NCBI GenBank assembly: GCA_964361785.1
Contig: CAYIBX010000002.1
Coordinates: 21,160 to 85,159 of the forward strand
Direction: 5' to 3'
DNA length: 64,000 nucleotides
Source of the DNA: an uncultured Gammaproteobacteria bacterium
GTDB taxonomy: Bacteria > Patescibacteriota > Microgenomatia > UBA10105 > UBA927
The notes under the pieces were generated by a model that did no database searches, was not told where the DNA came from, and worked only from the letters and a program-made list of their open reading frames with translations. Shown here in pieces: positions 49,034 to 60,967 of this stretch. How positions within the stretch are numbered: the stretch's first letter is position 1; each line of letters starts with the position of its first letter. The position numbers were made by a program, and so were the translations under genes.

Positions 49034-50662
49034 ATGGTAAGAACATACATATGGAGTGTGTTGATTGTAGGGTTTTTGTTTTTTTCTCTGTCGTCGACGT
49101 TTTATGAATTGAAGCGATCAGGGGATTTGCAGCCGGATCGTCAGTTTGAACTCGTACATAATTTCCCAACGGATTATAATTTTTATCTTTCGCGCATTCG
49201 TGAAGGGTTAGAAGGCAACTGGACGAGTGTAGAGCGCTATACTTCAGAGTCCCACAGCGGGTCGTTTATTCACGAAATGTATATTCTGATGGGTCACGTG
49301 GGGACGTGGGTAAGGGTGCCGTGGCATAGGGCTGGGGATATTTATCATGTGGCACGGGTGGTTCTTTCCTTTACCTTGTTGGCGCTTATTGCAGAGTTTT
49401 GTAAGGAAAGTTTGGGAGGTAAGAGATATTGGGGCGTTTTGGGATTTATGTTGGCAGTGACTGCCTCATCATGGTCAAAGCTTGTATATGTAGACGGGGT
49501 AGCCAGATTTGGTGGCTACATGCCGTGGTGGTCTGTCATGGATAGTTTGCAGCGAATTACCTTTATCCCACATCTTTTGGCAGGACAGGCGCTTATCGTT
49601 TTTCTTATTATGACGCTTGCGACCAACAAGTTACTAAGATCCGGCAATAGTATCTTTTTGGGAATTTTGGCGTTTGTATTAGGGTTAGTGTTTCCGCCCG
49701 GACTTCTCTTTGTATATTGTGTGATGGGAGTGTATGCATTATTTCAAGGCAAGGGTATGTGGAAATTAGTCACACCATATATACTTGTTTTTCTTATTAG
49801 TGTGCCCTCTCTTGTGTATTTAGGGCTTATGACTCAGGTTTATCCGTGGAAGCGGTTAGTGGAGGTAGATACTATACGGCCGTTGCCTTTTGACTATATA
49901 GAATACGCAAAAGCTATAGGGCCTATGGGCCCCATAGGACTCATAGGACTTATATGGGCGCTTTTTCGGAAAGAAAAAGCTATGTATCCGGTAGTCGCGT
50001 GGGTGATTTCGTGGATAAGCCTCCTTTTCGTATTTAAGTTTGTCCCTGCGCAGAGTCCTTTGCGATTTTCTGAAATGATCCCGCATATTCCTCTAGGGAT
50101 TTTGAGTGCGTATTTATGTTATCAGATAGGTCACTTAGGTCGCCTAAGCTACCTAAGTAGCTTAATGAAGACAATGCCGATGGTCCTAATAGCTTTTGGG
50201 CTTTTCCATATGTATTCTTCGTTTCTTTGGCAGAAAGACTTCATAGATCATAAAATACGCGCTACGACTCCTCTGGTGCCTACAGGAAGTTATGTGATGT
50301 ACCCTTTAAAAGATTTCATCGCGGCCATAGTATTTATCCAAGATTCGACTTTAAGAGATGCTATCATTCTTTCAGAATCAACTGCAGGAAATTATATTCC
50401 TGTGTATAGCGGCAATCGTGTTTATTTGGGGCATGATAATACGGTCCGCTTTGAGTCAAAAAAAGAAGAAGCGAAGCAATTTTTTTCAGGTATTATGTCA
50501 GTCTCACAAGCGAAAGTCTGGCTTAACGAAAAGGGGATTTCGCGTGTATATTATGGCCCGCAAGAACAAGAAGATGCAGGGTTTAAAGACCTGAGCACTA
50601 AATACCCATTTTTAATCAATCGATACACTAATCCTCATGTGACGGTCTATTCTATGGAATAA
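49034..50662 (+). CDS. Polytopic membrane protein, putative GT-C (paralog 2 of 3)
   Basis: PTDYNFYLSRIREG...YTSE, PHL, IPVYSGNRVYLGH. Confidence 0.7.
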   Translation: MVRTYIWSVLIVGFLFFSLSSTFYELKRSGDLQPDRQFELVHNFPTDYNFYLSRIREGLEGNWTSVERYTSESHSGSFIHEMYILMGHVGTWVRVPWHRAGDIYHVARVVLSFTLLALIAEFCKESLGGKRYWGVLGFMLAVTASSWSKLVYVDGVARFGGYMPWWSVMDSLQRITFIPHLLAGQALIVFLIMTLATNKLLRSGNSIFLGILAFVLGLVFPPGLLFVYCVMGVYALFQGKGMWKLVTPYILVFLISVPSLVYLGLMTQVYPWKRLVEVDTIRPLPFDYIEYAKAIGPMGPIGLIGLIWALFRKEKAMYPVVAWVISWISLLFVFKFVPAQSPLRFSEMIPHIPLGILSAYLCYQIGHLGRLSYLSSLMKTMPMVLIAFGLFHMYSSFLWQKDFIDHKIRATTPLVPTGSYVMYPLKDFIAAIVFIQDSTLRDAIILSESTAGNYIPVYSGNRVYLGHDNTVRFESKKEEAKQFFSGIMSVSQAKVWLNEKGISRVYYGPQEQEDAGFKDLSTKYPFLINRYTNPHVTVYSME

Positions 50663-50664
50663 CT

Positions 50665-51417
50665 ATGTCACACACGTATCCATCATCTCTGTACACAACG
50701 ATTGCTTCTATAGAAGATGATCATTTTTGGTTTACGTCAAGAAACCGAATGATTGCTTCACTTATTCGTGCAAATATTAGAGAACCGTACACGACAAAGT
50801 CGTTTTTAGAGATAGGGTGTGGGACGGGTATAGTAATGGCCGTACTTGAAGGGCTAGGGTTTATCGCAACTGGACTTGATGTAAATACAAAAGCGCTATC
50901 ATATGCGGTCAAAAGAACGAAGGGCAAGCTGATTCGACAATCGATATTTGGATTTAAACCAAAGAAGTATTATGACATCGTTGGAGCGTTTGATGTGCTT
51001 GAGCATATACAAGATGATATGGGCTTTTTGCGCGCAAGTTATCATTTACTTTCTCCTGACGGTTATTTATTACTTACCGTTCCTGCAGGGATGCACTTGT
51101 GGTCGCCCGTTGATGTCGCTTCGGGTCATGTGCGACGGTATGCATATGAGGAACTTTCAACAAAGCTAAAAGAAGCAGGGTTTACGATACAAACCATACA
51201 GTATTGGAATTCGTTATTGCTGCCGGTATATAAACTATGGCATCAGAAGACGGGAGACAAAAAAGATGTCGTCGCGTCCCACCTTCAAAAAATGCCATAC
51301 GCCATAAACATGGTATTGAAGTGGATTTTTTTGGGAGAACTTTTTCTATCGCGATTCATACAATTCCCTAGAGGGGCAACCCTCGTTGTGTGTGCACGGA
51401 AAGGCAACGTGAAATGA
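50665..51417 (+). CDS. Class I SAM-dependent methyltransferase
   Basis: EDDHFWF, LEIGCGTG, FDVLEHI, TVPA...WS..D...GHVRRY. Confidence 0.9.
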   Translation: MSHTYPSSLYTTIASIEDDHFWFTSRNRMIASLIRANIREPYTTKSFLEIGCGTGIVMAVLEGLGFIATGLDVNTKALSYAVKRTKGKLIRQSIFGFKPKKYYDIVGAFDVLEHIQDDMGFLRASYHLLSPDGYLLLTVPAGMHLWSPVDVASGHVRRYAYEELSTKLKEAGFTIQTIQYWNSLLLPVYKLWHQKTGDKKDVVASHLQKMPYAINMVLKWIFLGELFLSRFIQFPRGATLVVCARKGNVK

Positions 51418-53435
51418 TAAAACACCGCGTTTTTATACTGGCAATCGTTGGATACTGTATCCTTGTTGGTCTTGTATTTGGCCGAGCGCTCACTCCATCT
51501 TACGGCATGATGATTTTTGGCGATGACATACACAGGCAATATTATTTTTACCGAGAGTTTTTTAATCATTGGATTTCACAGGGCGTCTTTCCATGGTGGA
51601 ATCCGTATCTATTCGGCGGAGAGCCATTCATCGCAAATCCTGTGGTAAATATATGGTATCCGCCGAATTGGTTGTTTTCTCTGTTGCCTCTAAACGTTGC
51701 ATATTCGTGGCATGTAGCACTTCACGTGTTTTGGGCGTGCCTTGGAATGTATCTCTTATTAATTCAAATTGGTCCGATAGGTCTTATACGGCCAATAAGA
51801 CCTATAAGCGCATTTGTAGGAGGATGTATTTTTGGATTGTCTGGATTTTTTATGGCGAGGACGTTTGCAGGACACGTGGATGTGATTGCTGCCGCAAGTT
51901 TTATGCCGTGGGTTGTGGGAGCGTTTTGGAGGCTTATTTCATTACCATTGATCAAATTACAGCGGCCGCAGAGTTTTGGTCAAGAGGGTGTGATAGCTAC
52001 ACTAGTATTTGCATTACAGCTTTTGGCAGGGTATCAGACGATGGCGTTTTTTACGGTCATAGCAGTTGGAATCATTGCGCTGATTTATGCAATACAGATA
52101 AAGAGTCTTATTCCTTTATTACGAGCGTGTCTGGCTGGTGCGTTGGGTGTCGCTCTTTCCGCTATACAAATTCTTCCGGCAGCAGAGTTTTTTGGGCGTA
52201 GTATCCGTACCTTTGAGTTTCCCTACAGTTGGCATTCGTATGGGTCGCTTGAGTGGAAAAGTTTATTACAATTTATTAATCCTTTTCAGTTTGGCAATCA
52301 GTATACGTACACTGGCCCGCCGCCAAATTTTATAGAACACAGTGCATTTTTGGGAGTAGGGGGGTTGATGCTGGCGATGATAGGAATCATAAGTCTGATA
52401 AGACATATGAGACCGATAAGGGGAGTATTTTTTGTGATTGCTTTTTTTGGTCTCTGGGTTTCGTTAGGACCAAACGCACCGATTGATTTACAGAAAATTC
52501 TTTGGCAATTTGTGCCGATGTATCACTATCTTCGGATTCCTCCTCGGCATCTTATTCTGGTCGTGTTTGGATTGGCTGGACTTGCGGGGATTGGATTTGA
52601 TAGGTTGCCTAAGTCACCTAGGGTACTTAGGTCACTTATAGTAGGAGTGATTGTGGCGGAAATGGTGGTGTTTGCACGAAATTTTATTGAACTTAAACCT
52701 ATTCCGGAAACGCGTCATGACAAAGAACTTATCGCATTGTTAAAAAAAGACACGCAGCCATATCGATTGCTGCAAAATTTTGGCGCATGGCTTCCTCAGC
52801 GTGACGGTTTAGATTTTGACGGTGTTATGGCGTATGGCATACATTCAGCGACAGGTTATGATCCGTCGATACTTCGGACTTATTACGAATTTATAGCTCT
52901 TGCTTCCGGCAAAAGTGGAGAGACAGCGGTACTTAATGCTGATGTTCAGGTGCCATATCTTTCCGCAAGTTCTGCAAGTGCTATTGATATGTTAAATATT
53001 AAATACCTTATGGTGCCCATTGCCTACGATCCATTCGCAAATAACAGTCGATACATACTGCGACGTGAAGACAAAAAACAAGAGTATCGACTTTACGAAA
53101 ATACGACCGTTTTTCCACGCTTTTATTACGCCCAAAAAGAGTGCGGCACGGCAAACGTGACCTCATATACACCCAATAGAATTGAATTAACCGTCGCATC
53201 TACGTGTGACGATACACTGCTTAGTTCTGAAAACTGGTATCTCGGATGGCACGCGACTATAGATGGGGAAGAAGTCACTATTGGTAAGCTGAATAATACT
53301 TTTCGAACACTTTTTGTTTTGAAAGGAAGGCATACAATTATTTTTGAATATAAGCCGATTATTTTTCTGTGGGGCGCTCTGATAAGTAGTATTGCGATAC
53401 TGTCGCTTGTATTTTTTTCACTCCGTAGACTGTGA
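51414..53435 (+). CDS. YfhO-family membrane protein (GT-C-like)
   Basis: PWWNPYLFGGEPF, YPPN, many TMs, ENWYLGWHATIDG...G.HTIIFEYKP. ATGA overlap with the upstream stop. Confidence 0.85.
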   Translation: MIKHRVFILAIVGYCILVGLVFGRALTPSYGMMIFGDDIHRQYYFYREFFNHWISQGVFPWWNPYLFGGEPFIANPVVNIWYPPNWLFSLLPLNVAYSWHVALHVFWACLGMYLLLIQIGPIGLIRPIRPISAFVGGCIFGLSGFFMARTFAGHVDVIAAASFMPWVVGAFWRLISLPLIKLQRPQSFGQEGVIATLVFALQLLAGYQTMAFFTVIAVGIIALIYAIQIKSLIPLLRACLAGALGVALSAIQILPAAEFFGRSIRTFEFPYSWHSYGSLEWKSLLQFINPFQFGNQYTYTGPPPNFIEHSAFLGVGGLMLAMIGIISLIRHMRPIRGVFFVIAFFGLWVSLGPNAPIDLQKILWQFVPMYHYLRIPPRHLILVVFGLAGLAGIGFDRLPKSPRVLRSLIVGVIVAEMVVFARNFIELKPIPETRHDKELIALLKKDTQPYRLLQNFGAWLPQRDGLDFDGVMAYGIHSATGYDPSILRTYYEFIALASGKSGETAVLNADVQVPYLSASSASAIDMLNIKYLMVPIAYDPFANNSRYILRREDKKQEYRLYENTTVFPRFYYAQKECGTANVTSYTPNRIELTVASTCDDTLLSSENWYLGWHATIDGEEVTIGKLNNTFRTLFVLKGRHTIIFEYKPIIFLWGALISSIAILSLVFFSLRRL

Positions 53436-54771
53436 TGATAATCATGAGAGGGTAATATGGAATAAGATACCGGGATTCCGTCATGGAAAGATAGGAAATT
53501 GGGACAAGATTTATAAGATACATGATGCTATAGAATCGAACGCGAGAGCGCTTATCTATAAGTGTAATGATTAGTGATGGCAAAAATAAGAATAGAAAAA
53601 TAGACGGCATGAACGTATCATAAAGCGTTCGGGATATTGATACATACGCATTCCATAGAGGATATGACGCGGTAGTTTTTATGATCGGCTGACAAAAGGT
53701 AATTGTCCCTAACGAATCACAATACAACGGTTGGACAGGATCAACAGCACCGAATGTTTGTACATTCTGCCACCACGGAGCGCGATGGGTGAGAGTTTTG
53801 ACAAAAATACGGATGCCGTTGAATACGTATTCCGCTGGGTGTGTTTTTATAGCTGCTAACCCTACGTTTCCCAATGCTGTATCTACTGCTTGCCAGTCTC
53901 TCTTTGTGTAGGGCAAGATATAATCTTGCAGGTCCCAATACTCTGCATATTTATCGGTAGAGTTGGGGACAAATCGGCGAAGTGCTATGACGGATGGATC
54001 GGATTTATTGGGATAGTAGTGGCCATCCCATACAAAATTTGTGTAAAATGGCATTTTTTTCGTATCAGAAAGCCCCCAGACTCCGGTGATTGCATGATTG
54101 GTAACAATCCAGAAAACGATAATGATGAGGCCGGTAATTACTGAGAATACTAATGGTTTTTTTGGGCTCGTATGCTTATAGAGTTGCCATAGCGCTATAA
54201 CGCCTGTCATAAGAAAAAGAATACTGAATTGATACTTAAGAAGTGTCATAATGGCAGAAAGAAGCAGTGCGTATGATAGTAGTGTGTTATCGCGGGTTTT
54301 GAAAAATTTAGTCATGAAAAATATGTAGGTAGCGACAGTAGTCTGGGCGGGTATTTCGGTCATCATAGAACTGGTATAGATAACGTTTGTTGGGAATATA
54401 AGAAAAAGAAAACTTAATAAAGCCGCAGTCTTTTCTGATACCACATCTTTTAGCAGGGCAAAAAGAAGAAGTGTTGTAGTCGCCATGAGAGTTAACTGGA
54501 TTATATGAAGAAGGATATCGCCACGCGCTAACGATCCGACAATCGATAAGAATACTCCATAGAGAGGAGGTGAAATAGTAGTGGGTTTACTATACACAAA
54601 CGGCGCGATAAAAGGATAGATACCGGTTTTGAAATATTGGCCAATGGCCCAGTAGAAATAGCCATCGATATTGGTATATATCCACAAAAACAGCATATGA
54701 AAAAGAAGATAAAAAATGCCAAGTGCCGCAAAGATTTTTATGAATTGGTGTGAAGATAAAGTGTGTTTCAT
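53359..54771 (-). CDS. GT-C glycosyltransferase (PMT/ArnT-like)
   Basis: DGYFY, PPLYG, MTE and ESRYLIP in a multi-TM protein. Confidence 0.72.
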   Translation of the reverse strand: MKHTLSSHQFIKIFAALGIFYLLFHMLFLWIYTNIDGYFYWAIGQYFKTGIYPFIAPFVYSKPTTISPPLYGVFLSIVGSLARGDILLHIIQLTLMATTTLLLFALLKDVVSEKTAALLSFLFLIFPTNVIYTSSMMTEIPAQTTVATYIFFMTKFFKTRDNTLLSYALLLSAIMTLLKYQFSILFLMTGVIALWQLYKHTSPKKPLVFSVITGLIIIVFWIVTNHAITGVWGLSDTKKMPFYTNFVWDGHYYPNKSDPSVIALRRFVPNSTDKYAEYWDLQDYILPYTKRDWQAVDTALGNVGLAAIKTHPAEYVFNGIRIFVKTLTHRAPWWQNVQTFGAVDPVQPLYCDSLGTITFCQPIIKTTASYPLWNAYVSISRTLYDTFMPSIFLFLFLPSLIITLIDKRSRVRFYSIMYLINLVPISYLSMTESRYLIPYYPLMIIITVYGVKKIQATVSQYYLSERPTEK

Positions 54772-54775
54772 AGGA

Positions 54776-56404
54776 TTACCAATATTTTATAATGCAGGGG
54801 TCCTCACCCTTCCACCACGGCGTTTGGCGAGGTGTTTTATTATCCGTTCGGTTATCAAAGATCCAAACAAGTGGCGCGTTTTGTACTGTGATTGTTTTTG
54901 TCGGTGTGTGATGTAACAGGTATTCGTATGCATACGCAAAACGATAAAAGAATGATTGACGATTAAGAAGGATGACATAGTCTGAATCGTCGTACCCATA
55001 CGTATTGAGATTAGTCAGTAAATCTGGTCGCAAATATCGAGCGGCTACATCTGCTGCCATGACAATGTGTACTGTTGCGTTTATTGGGGCGTGATCGTTT
55101 ATCCATTCGACTGCATGTTTTTGTGATCCGCCCCAATAGTCGAGATCATACTTGCCAAAAGCCCCCTTGACGCCACCGACGAGCTCATTAAAGTAGGTAA
55201 TTTGAAATGGGTGATAAGAGTAAAGAGTAAAGAGAAAAGAGAAAAGAGTAGAAAAAATAAGAATAGGACCAATAAGACGAATTGGTCTTATATGATGTAT
55301 TTGTCGTATGACAACATCAAATCCTATTGCGGCGATTGCTGAAAGCGGGAAAAGCACTTCTTCAAAATGTCTGATGCCGTCAATAACCCCGATGTGGGGC
55401 AATAGATAGCGGGAAAGAGGGAGGAAGAGCCAGAGAAACAAAAGAATACCAATAGGTCTTATATGTCTTATAAGACCAATAAGTCCTATAAGGAATAATA
55501 ATAAAATTGGAATCGGCGTGGTGATACCTAAATACCAAAATGGGTAATACCATGGAACATTTGTTCCTGAGCAGTACCAAGTGCCGTTGAGAAGCACTTC
55601 TATGTTATTGGTGCCTATGGCAAACGTGCGGTAGGCGTGATCTAGCTGTGCGATAGGATTAGGCCAGAAAAACCACCAGAGAAGAAAAGCGGCAACGGGA
55701 GAGAGAAAGAAGTACCATAGCAAAGGCGTAGAGAAGCGTAGTAGGTTTCGTAGTTTAGTAAAAGAAAAATTTAAAAACAAGAGCCACGCTGCAAAAATTA
55801 CAGGGATAAAAATACTGTTAATTTTGACATTGAACGCCACGGCAAACCCCAGTGCCGCTAAAAGGAGGTCAGAGAGTCGTTTATATCTTACAAGTCGCCA
55901 TAATAGCCATATGTTGATCGCAAAAATAGCAGCTGAAGGCACATCTTTCATATTGTTATGCAGGTCGCTAAAAAATCGAGGCATGACACTTAAAAAGAAT
56001 GCAGCAAAGAGAGCGACACGTTTGTTTATCGCTTTCTTTAACAATCCATATAACGCGAGTATTCCTCCAATTCCCCAAAGAATGATGGGAAGATGGTATG
56101 CGCTATCTTGCGGGAGTATTTGTAAGAATTTATAGAGAAAAAGATAAGAGGCGACCGGAGGGATAGACATAAGCGGACCGTATGGCAAGCTCCACGCGTT
56201 TCTAGGATCCGGCTCAACGTACGGCAATATTCTTGGTTCTAGTTGTTGCCAAGAAAGCCCTAAGAGTTTTCCACCGCCGAAAAGGTGAAAGTGGAAGTCC
56301 CACGTGAGGCCATAGTCATTGATGATAAAAATGTGAACAGCAATAAGAACTGTAAAAATAACGAGAGCAGTATGCTTAGATATCCAGCGAGTAATTATAT
56401 TCAT
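54776..56404 (-). CDS. GT-C glycosyltransferase (GT39/ArnT-like)
   Basis: DYGLTWD, YGP, NMKDVP, PWYY, DGIRHF, YFNELVGG and LDYWG. Confidence 0.8.
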   Translation of the reverse strand: MNIITRWISKHTALVIFTVLIAVHIFIINDYGLTWDFHFHLFGGGKLLGLSWQQLEPRILPYVEPDPRNAWSLPYGPLMSIPPVASYLFLYKFLQILPQDSAYHLPIILWGIGGILALYGLLKKAINKRVALFAAFFLSVMPRFFSDLHNNMKDVPSAAIFAINIWLLWRLVRYKRLSDLLLAALGFAVAFNVKINSIFIPVIFAAWLLFLNFSFTKLRNLLRFSTPLLWYFFLSPVAAFLLWWFFWPNPIAQLDHAYRTFAIGTNNIEVLLNGTWYCSGTNVPWYYPFWYLGITTPIPILLLFLIGLIGLIRHIRPIGILLFLWLFLPLSRYLLPHIGVIDGIRHFEEVLFPLSAIAAIGFDVVIRQIHHIRPIRLIGPILIFSTLFSFLFTLYSYHPFQITYFNELVGGVKGAFGKYDLDYWGGSQKHAVEWINDHAPINATVHIVMAADVAARYLRPDLLTNLNTYGYDDSDYVILLNRQSFFYRFAYAYEYLLHHTPTKTITVQNAPLVWIFDNRTDNKTPRQTPWWKGEDPCIIKYW

Positions 56405-56414
56405 ATGTATGAAT

Positions 56415-56440
56415 GTATTAGCATGTTACCATGCTAATAC
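56415..56440. other. Intergenic 11-bp perfect inverted repeat
   Basis: gtattagcatg-ttac-catgctaatac between co-directional genes; could be a hairpin or an operator. Confidence 0.55.
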
Positions 56441-56445
56441 GTGTG

Positions 56446-58056
<1,611 letters not shown>

Positions 58057-58093
58057 AGGGACATTGTATGCAATTTTTTTGTATCATGACAGT

Positions 58094-59611
58094 ATGGGAG
58101 AACAGATGAGAACAAAGTTTCTTGAAAGGGTGGCCATGTTTGTTAGCCTTTTGGTTCTTGGTGCGTTGTTGTGGTATACGCTCCAGTTGGGATTAGTGCG
58201 ATACTTTGACGCGGATGAATTGGCATATCTTCACTGGGCGCACAACGTATTTATAGGAGAGCGGCCGTATTATGACTTTTTTTCTTACGTGCCCAGTGGT
58301 TTTATGTATGTTTTGGCTCCACTTTTTTTGTTTGTCAAAGGTGCAGAAATTTTGACTCTAGCACGATGGTTTGCATTTTTGGTAGAGCTTGGGATGGTTA
58401 TATGTCTTATAGTGATCTATAAAAATTGGCGCGGATCCTTTTTTGGGATAGTAGCCGCGATAGTTTTTTTGTTTCTCCCAATTCCTCAAGACAAATTGAT
58501 AGAAGTACGACCTGATAATCTGGCGATGCTTATTGGGCTTATGGGGCTTATAAGTCAAATAAGACTTATAGAATTTCAAAAACAACGGAGTGCGTTTTGG
58601 GCGGGATTGTTTTATGGATTGTCCCTTATTATTCTTCCAAAGACCTTGCCGCACGTTGTCTTTGCGGCAGCCATAACATTGTTGTGGTGGCGTGAGGATT
58701 GGAAAAATCGCTGGGTGTATGTACGTGAGTTTATTGTGGGCGGTATAACGCCGGTTGTTGTATTTGTGCTGTTTCAACTGGTCACTGCAAAAAGTATGGC
58801 CGAGCTTAGTACGCTTCTTTATTCACTGACAAAGCTCCCCTTTGAAGTAAATAGAATTGCAGAACAGTTTTTCATGCAACCAGATTTATTTTTTTATCCT
58901 AATAGTATCTATTATGGCGTAGGGGGCGTACATGCAGGGCTTATCGCAAATCATGCTCTTTGGCTTCTGGGACTCCTGTTTGGCGTGTATAGATTGTTTA
59001 CCCCATTTGTGCCCAATGGGAAAAAGGGGATGTTTACAGAACTTCTTCTCTCCGGATCATTCTTTATTTACGTGGCAACGTTTATACTCTGGTATCCTAT
59101 GCGGCACGCGCAGTACCTTATCCCCATTGCGCTTTTTGTGTCCCTCTACGTTGCGGACGGGATAGAACAGGCATGGAAAAAAGCGAAAACGCATACAGTA
59201 TACAAAGGAGTTTTTTGGGCATTCAGTGTTGTGAGCATAGTGTTTGGTTGGCAAATTTACCTCACGGTAACCATGCCAAAAATGGCCATGACAAACAGAG
59301 AAGACATGCGTGTCATTTACCAGAGTCAACACATGATACCAAAGGAAAGTTATGTGTTGGATTTTGTAGGATCAACGATATATTTTCGTGATCCGTATTA
59401 TGTCAGTGCGCTTCCGTTTGGACAGTACCCTTCATATCTTTCGCGACCATTGCCAACACTAAGCCGTATTCTTTCTCACACAAATACCCCGTATATCTAT
59501 GAAGGGAGATTGGATCGTATGCAGACGTTGTCCATAGAGGACCAAGTGTATATTCGTATGCATTATATTCCTTTAGAAGCTACACACTTTTGGAAAGCGA
59601 AAGGATTATAG
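58094..59611 (+). CDS. GT-C glycosyltransferase-like membrane protein
   Basis: DADE..YLH in loop 1, PY.DFF, EVRPD and QY.IP. Confidence 0.72.
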   Translation: MGEQMRTKFLERVAMFVSLLVLGALLWYTLQLGLVRYFDADELAYLHWAHNVFIGERPYYDFFSYVPSGFMYVLAPLFLFVKGAEILTLARWFAFLVELGMVICLIVIYKNWRGSFFGIVAAIVFLFLPIPQDKLIEVRPDNLAMLIGLMGLISQIRLIEFQKQRSAFWAGLFYGLSLIILPKTLPHVVFAAAITLLWWREDWKNRWVYVREFIVGGITPVVVFVLFQLVTAKSMAELSTLLYSLTKLPFEVNRIAEQFFMQPDLFFYPNSIYYGVGGVHAGLIANHALWLLGLLFGVYRLFTPFVPNGKKGMFTELLLSGSFFIYVATFILWYPMRHAQYLIPIALFVSLYVADGIEQAWKKAKTHTVYKGVFWAFSVVSIVFGWQIYLTVTMPKMAMTNREDMRVIYQSQHMIPKESYVLDFVGSTIYFRDPYYVSALPFGQYPSYLSRPLPTLSRILSHTNTPYIYEGRLDRMQTLSIEDQVYIRMHYIPLEATHFWKAKGL

Positions 59612-59617
59612 ATTCAA

Positions 59618-59646
59618 TTGTCTAAATGGAGAAAACGTCGTATCAT
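59618..59646 (+). promoter_or_regulatory. Sigma70 promoter (leaderless) of the GT2 operon
   Basis: TTGTCT, 17 nt, TATCAT, 8 nt before ATG 59655. Confidence 0.55.
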
Positions 59647-59654
59647 ACCGTGTA

Positions 59655-60371
59655 ATGACTACTCAACCGATTGCATTCTCTCTTATACTTCCCTGCTATA
59701 ACGAACAGAGGCTGATTAAGGAGAGTACAGAGAGAATTATGAGCGCACTAGATGCCGGCGCGTTTACATACGAGATTATTTTCGTGGATGATAAAAGTTT
59801 TGACAAAACAGCACAGTACATAAAAAAAATCTGTAAACGATATTCGTTTTGTCGCGCTGTATTTCACGAGACGAATATGGGACGCGGGAGATCGGTCATG
59901 GATGGGATCGCGAAAGCACGGGCCGAAATAGTAGGGTATATAGATATAGATTGTGAAGTGTCTCCTGTGTATTTGCCATTTATGGTCTCTCTCGTTACAG
60001 AAAAAAAGAGCGATGTGGTTATCGGAAAGCGTTTTTATCGTTCTACCTTAGGATCAATAATGAGGGAAGTGTTTAGTCGCGGGTATCGCTGGCTAGCAGA
60101 CACCATGGTAGAGACGGGAGGAGTAGATACAGAGTCAGGATTTAAGGTGTTTCGAAAGAAAAAAATTGTACCCATTTTTGAATCTATAGAGCATCAGGGA
60201 TGGTTTTGGGATACAGAAATTATGGTGTATGCCAAACGGGCGGGATTAAAAATATCAGAAGTGCCGGTACTTTTCCTTCGCCGGTTTGATAAACATTCAT
60301 CCGTCAATATAGTCAAAGATACAGTAGAATATCTTATACAGCTTATTCGGTTTTCTAGGTCGCTTAAGTAA
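59655..60371 (+). CDS. GT2 glycosyltransferase, polyprenyl/dolichyl-phosphate sugar synthase-like
   Basis: ILPCYNE, VDDKSFD, N.GRG, DID, DTESGFK and WFWDTE. Confidence 0.9.
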   Translation: MTTQPIAFSLILPCYNEQRLIKESTERIMSALDAGAFTYEIIFVDDKSFDKTAQYIKKICKRYSFCRAVFHETNMGRGRSVMDGIAKARAEIVGYIDIDCEVSPVYLPFMVSLVTEKKSDVVIGKRFYRSTLGSIMREVFSRGYRWLADTMVETGGVDTESGFKVFRKKKIVPIFESIEHQGWFWDTEIMVYAKRAGLKISEVPVLFLRRFDKHSSVNIVKDTVEYLIQLIRFSRSLK

Positions 60372-60394
60372 CCTAGGTAGCCTAAGCGACCTAT

Positions 60395-60928
60395 ATGAAA
60401 GCATTACAAACAATAGGTATTTGGCAGGCTTTGCGTTTTGTATGGTTTCAGTGGTATGGATTTCTCATCCACGTTTCTTTGCCGCCAGTACGTGTGTGGC
60501 TATTGCGATGGGCAGGAGCGACGGTGGGGAAGGATACTGTGATTATGGATGTACGGTTTGTCAATATCCATCAACACGGGTTTTCTCGACTTTCTATTGG
60601 GAACAGATGTTTTATAGGAGATGAGGCGATGCTTGATGTGAGAGGCGGTATACGCCTAGAGGATGATGTAACTATTTCAAATAGAGCGTCTATCGTGACG
60701 CATATAAACGTGGGGTTTCCTGACCATCCGTTGCAAAAAATGTATCCGATGAAGGAATCACATGTTTTGGTAAAAAAAGGTGCGTATGTAGCAACCGGAG
60801 TGATTGTATTGCCAAATGTTTCGATAGGGAAAGAGAGTGTGGTGGCAGCAGGGGCCGTCGTCACAAAATCAGTTTCTGATCATGTATTGGTAGCTGGTGT
60901 GCCGGCGGTGGTGAAGAAAAAGTTATAA
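60395..60928 (+). CDS. Hexapeptide-repeat (LbH) acyltransferase
   Basis: LSIGNRCFIG...V.IGKESVVAAGAVVTKSV...VAGVPA. Confidence 0.9.
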   Translation: MKALQTIGIWQALRFVWFQWYGFLIHVSLPPVRVWLLRWAGATVGKDTVIMDVRFVNIHQHGFSRLSIGNRCFIGDEAMLDVRGGIRLEDDVTISNRASIVTHINVGFPDHPLQKMYPMKESHVLVKKGAYVATGVIVLPNVSIGKESVVAAGAVVTKSVSDHVLVAGVPAVVKKKL

Positions 60929-60967
60929 TAGCATTATTCCTTCCAAAACTGCCTCATAAAAAATGCC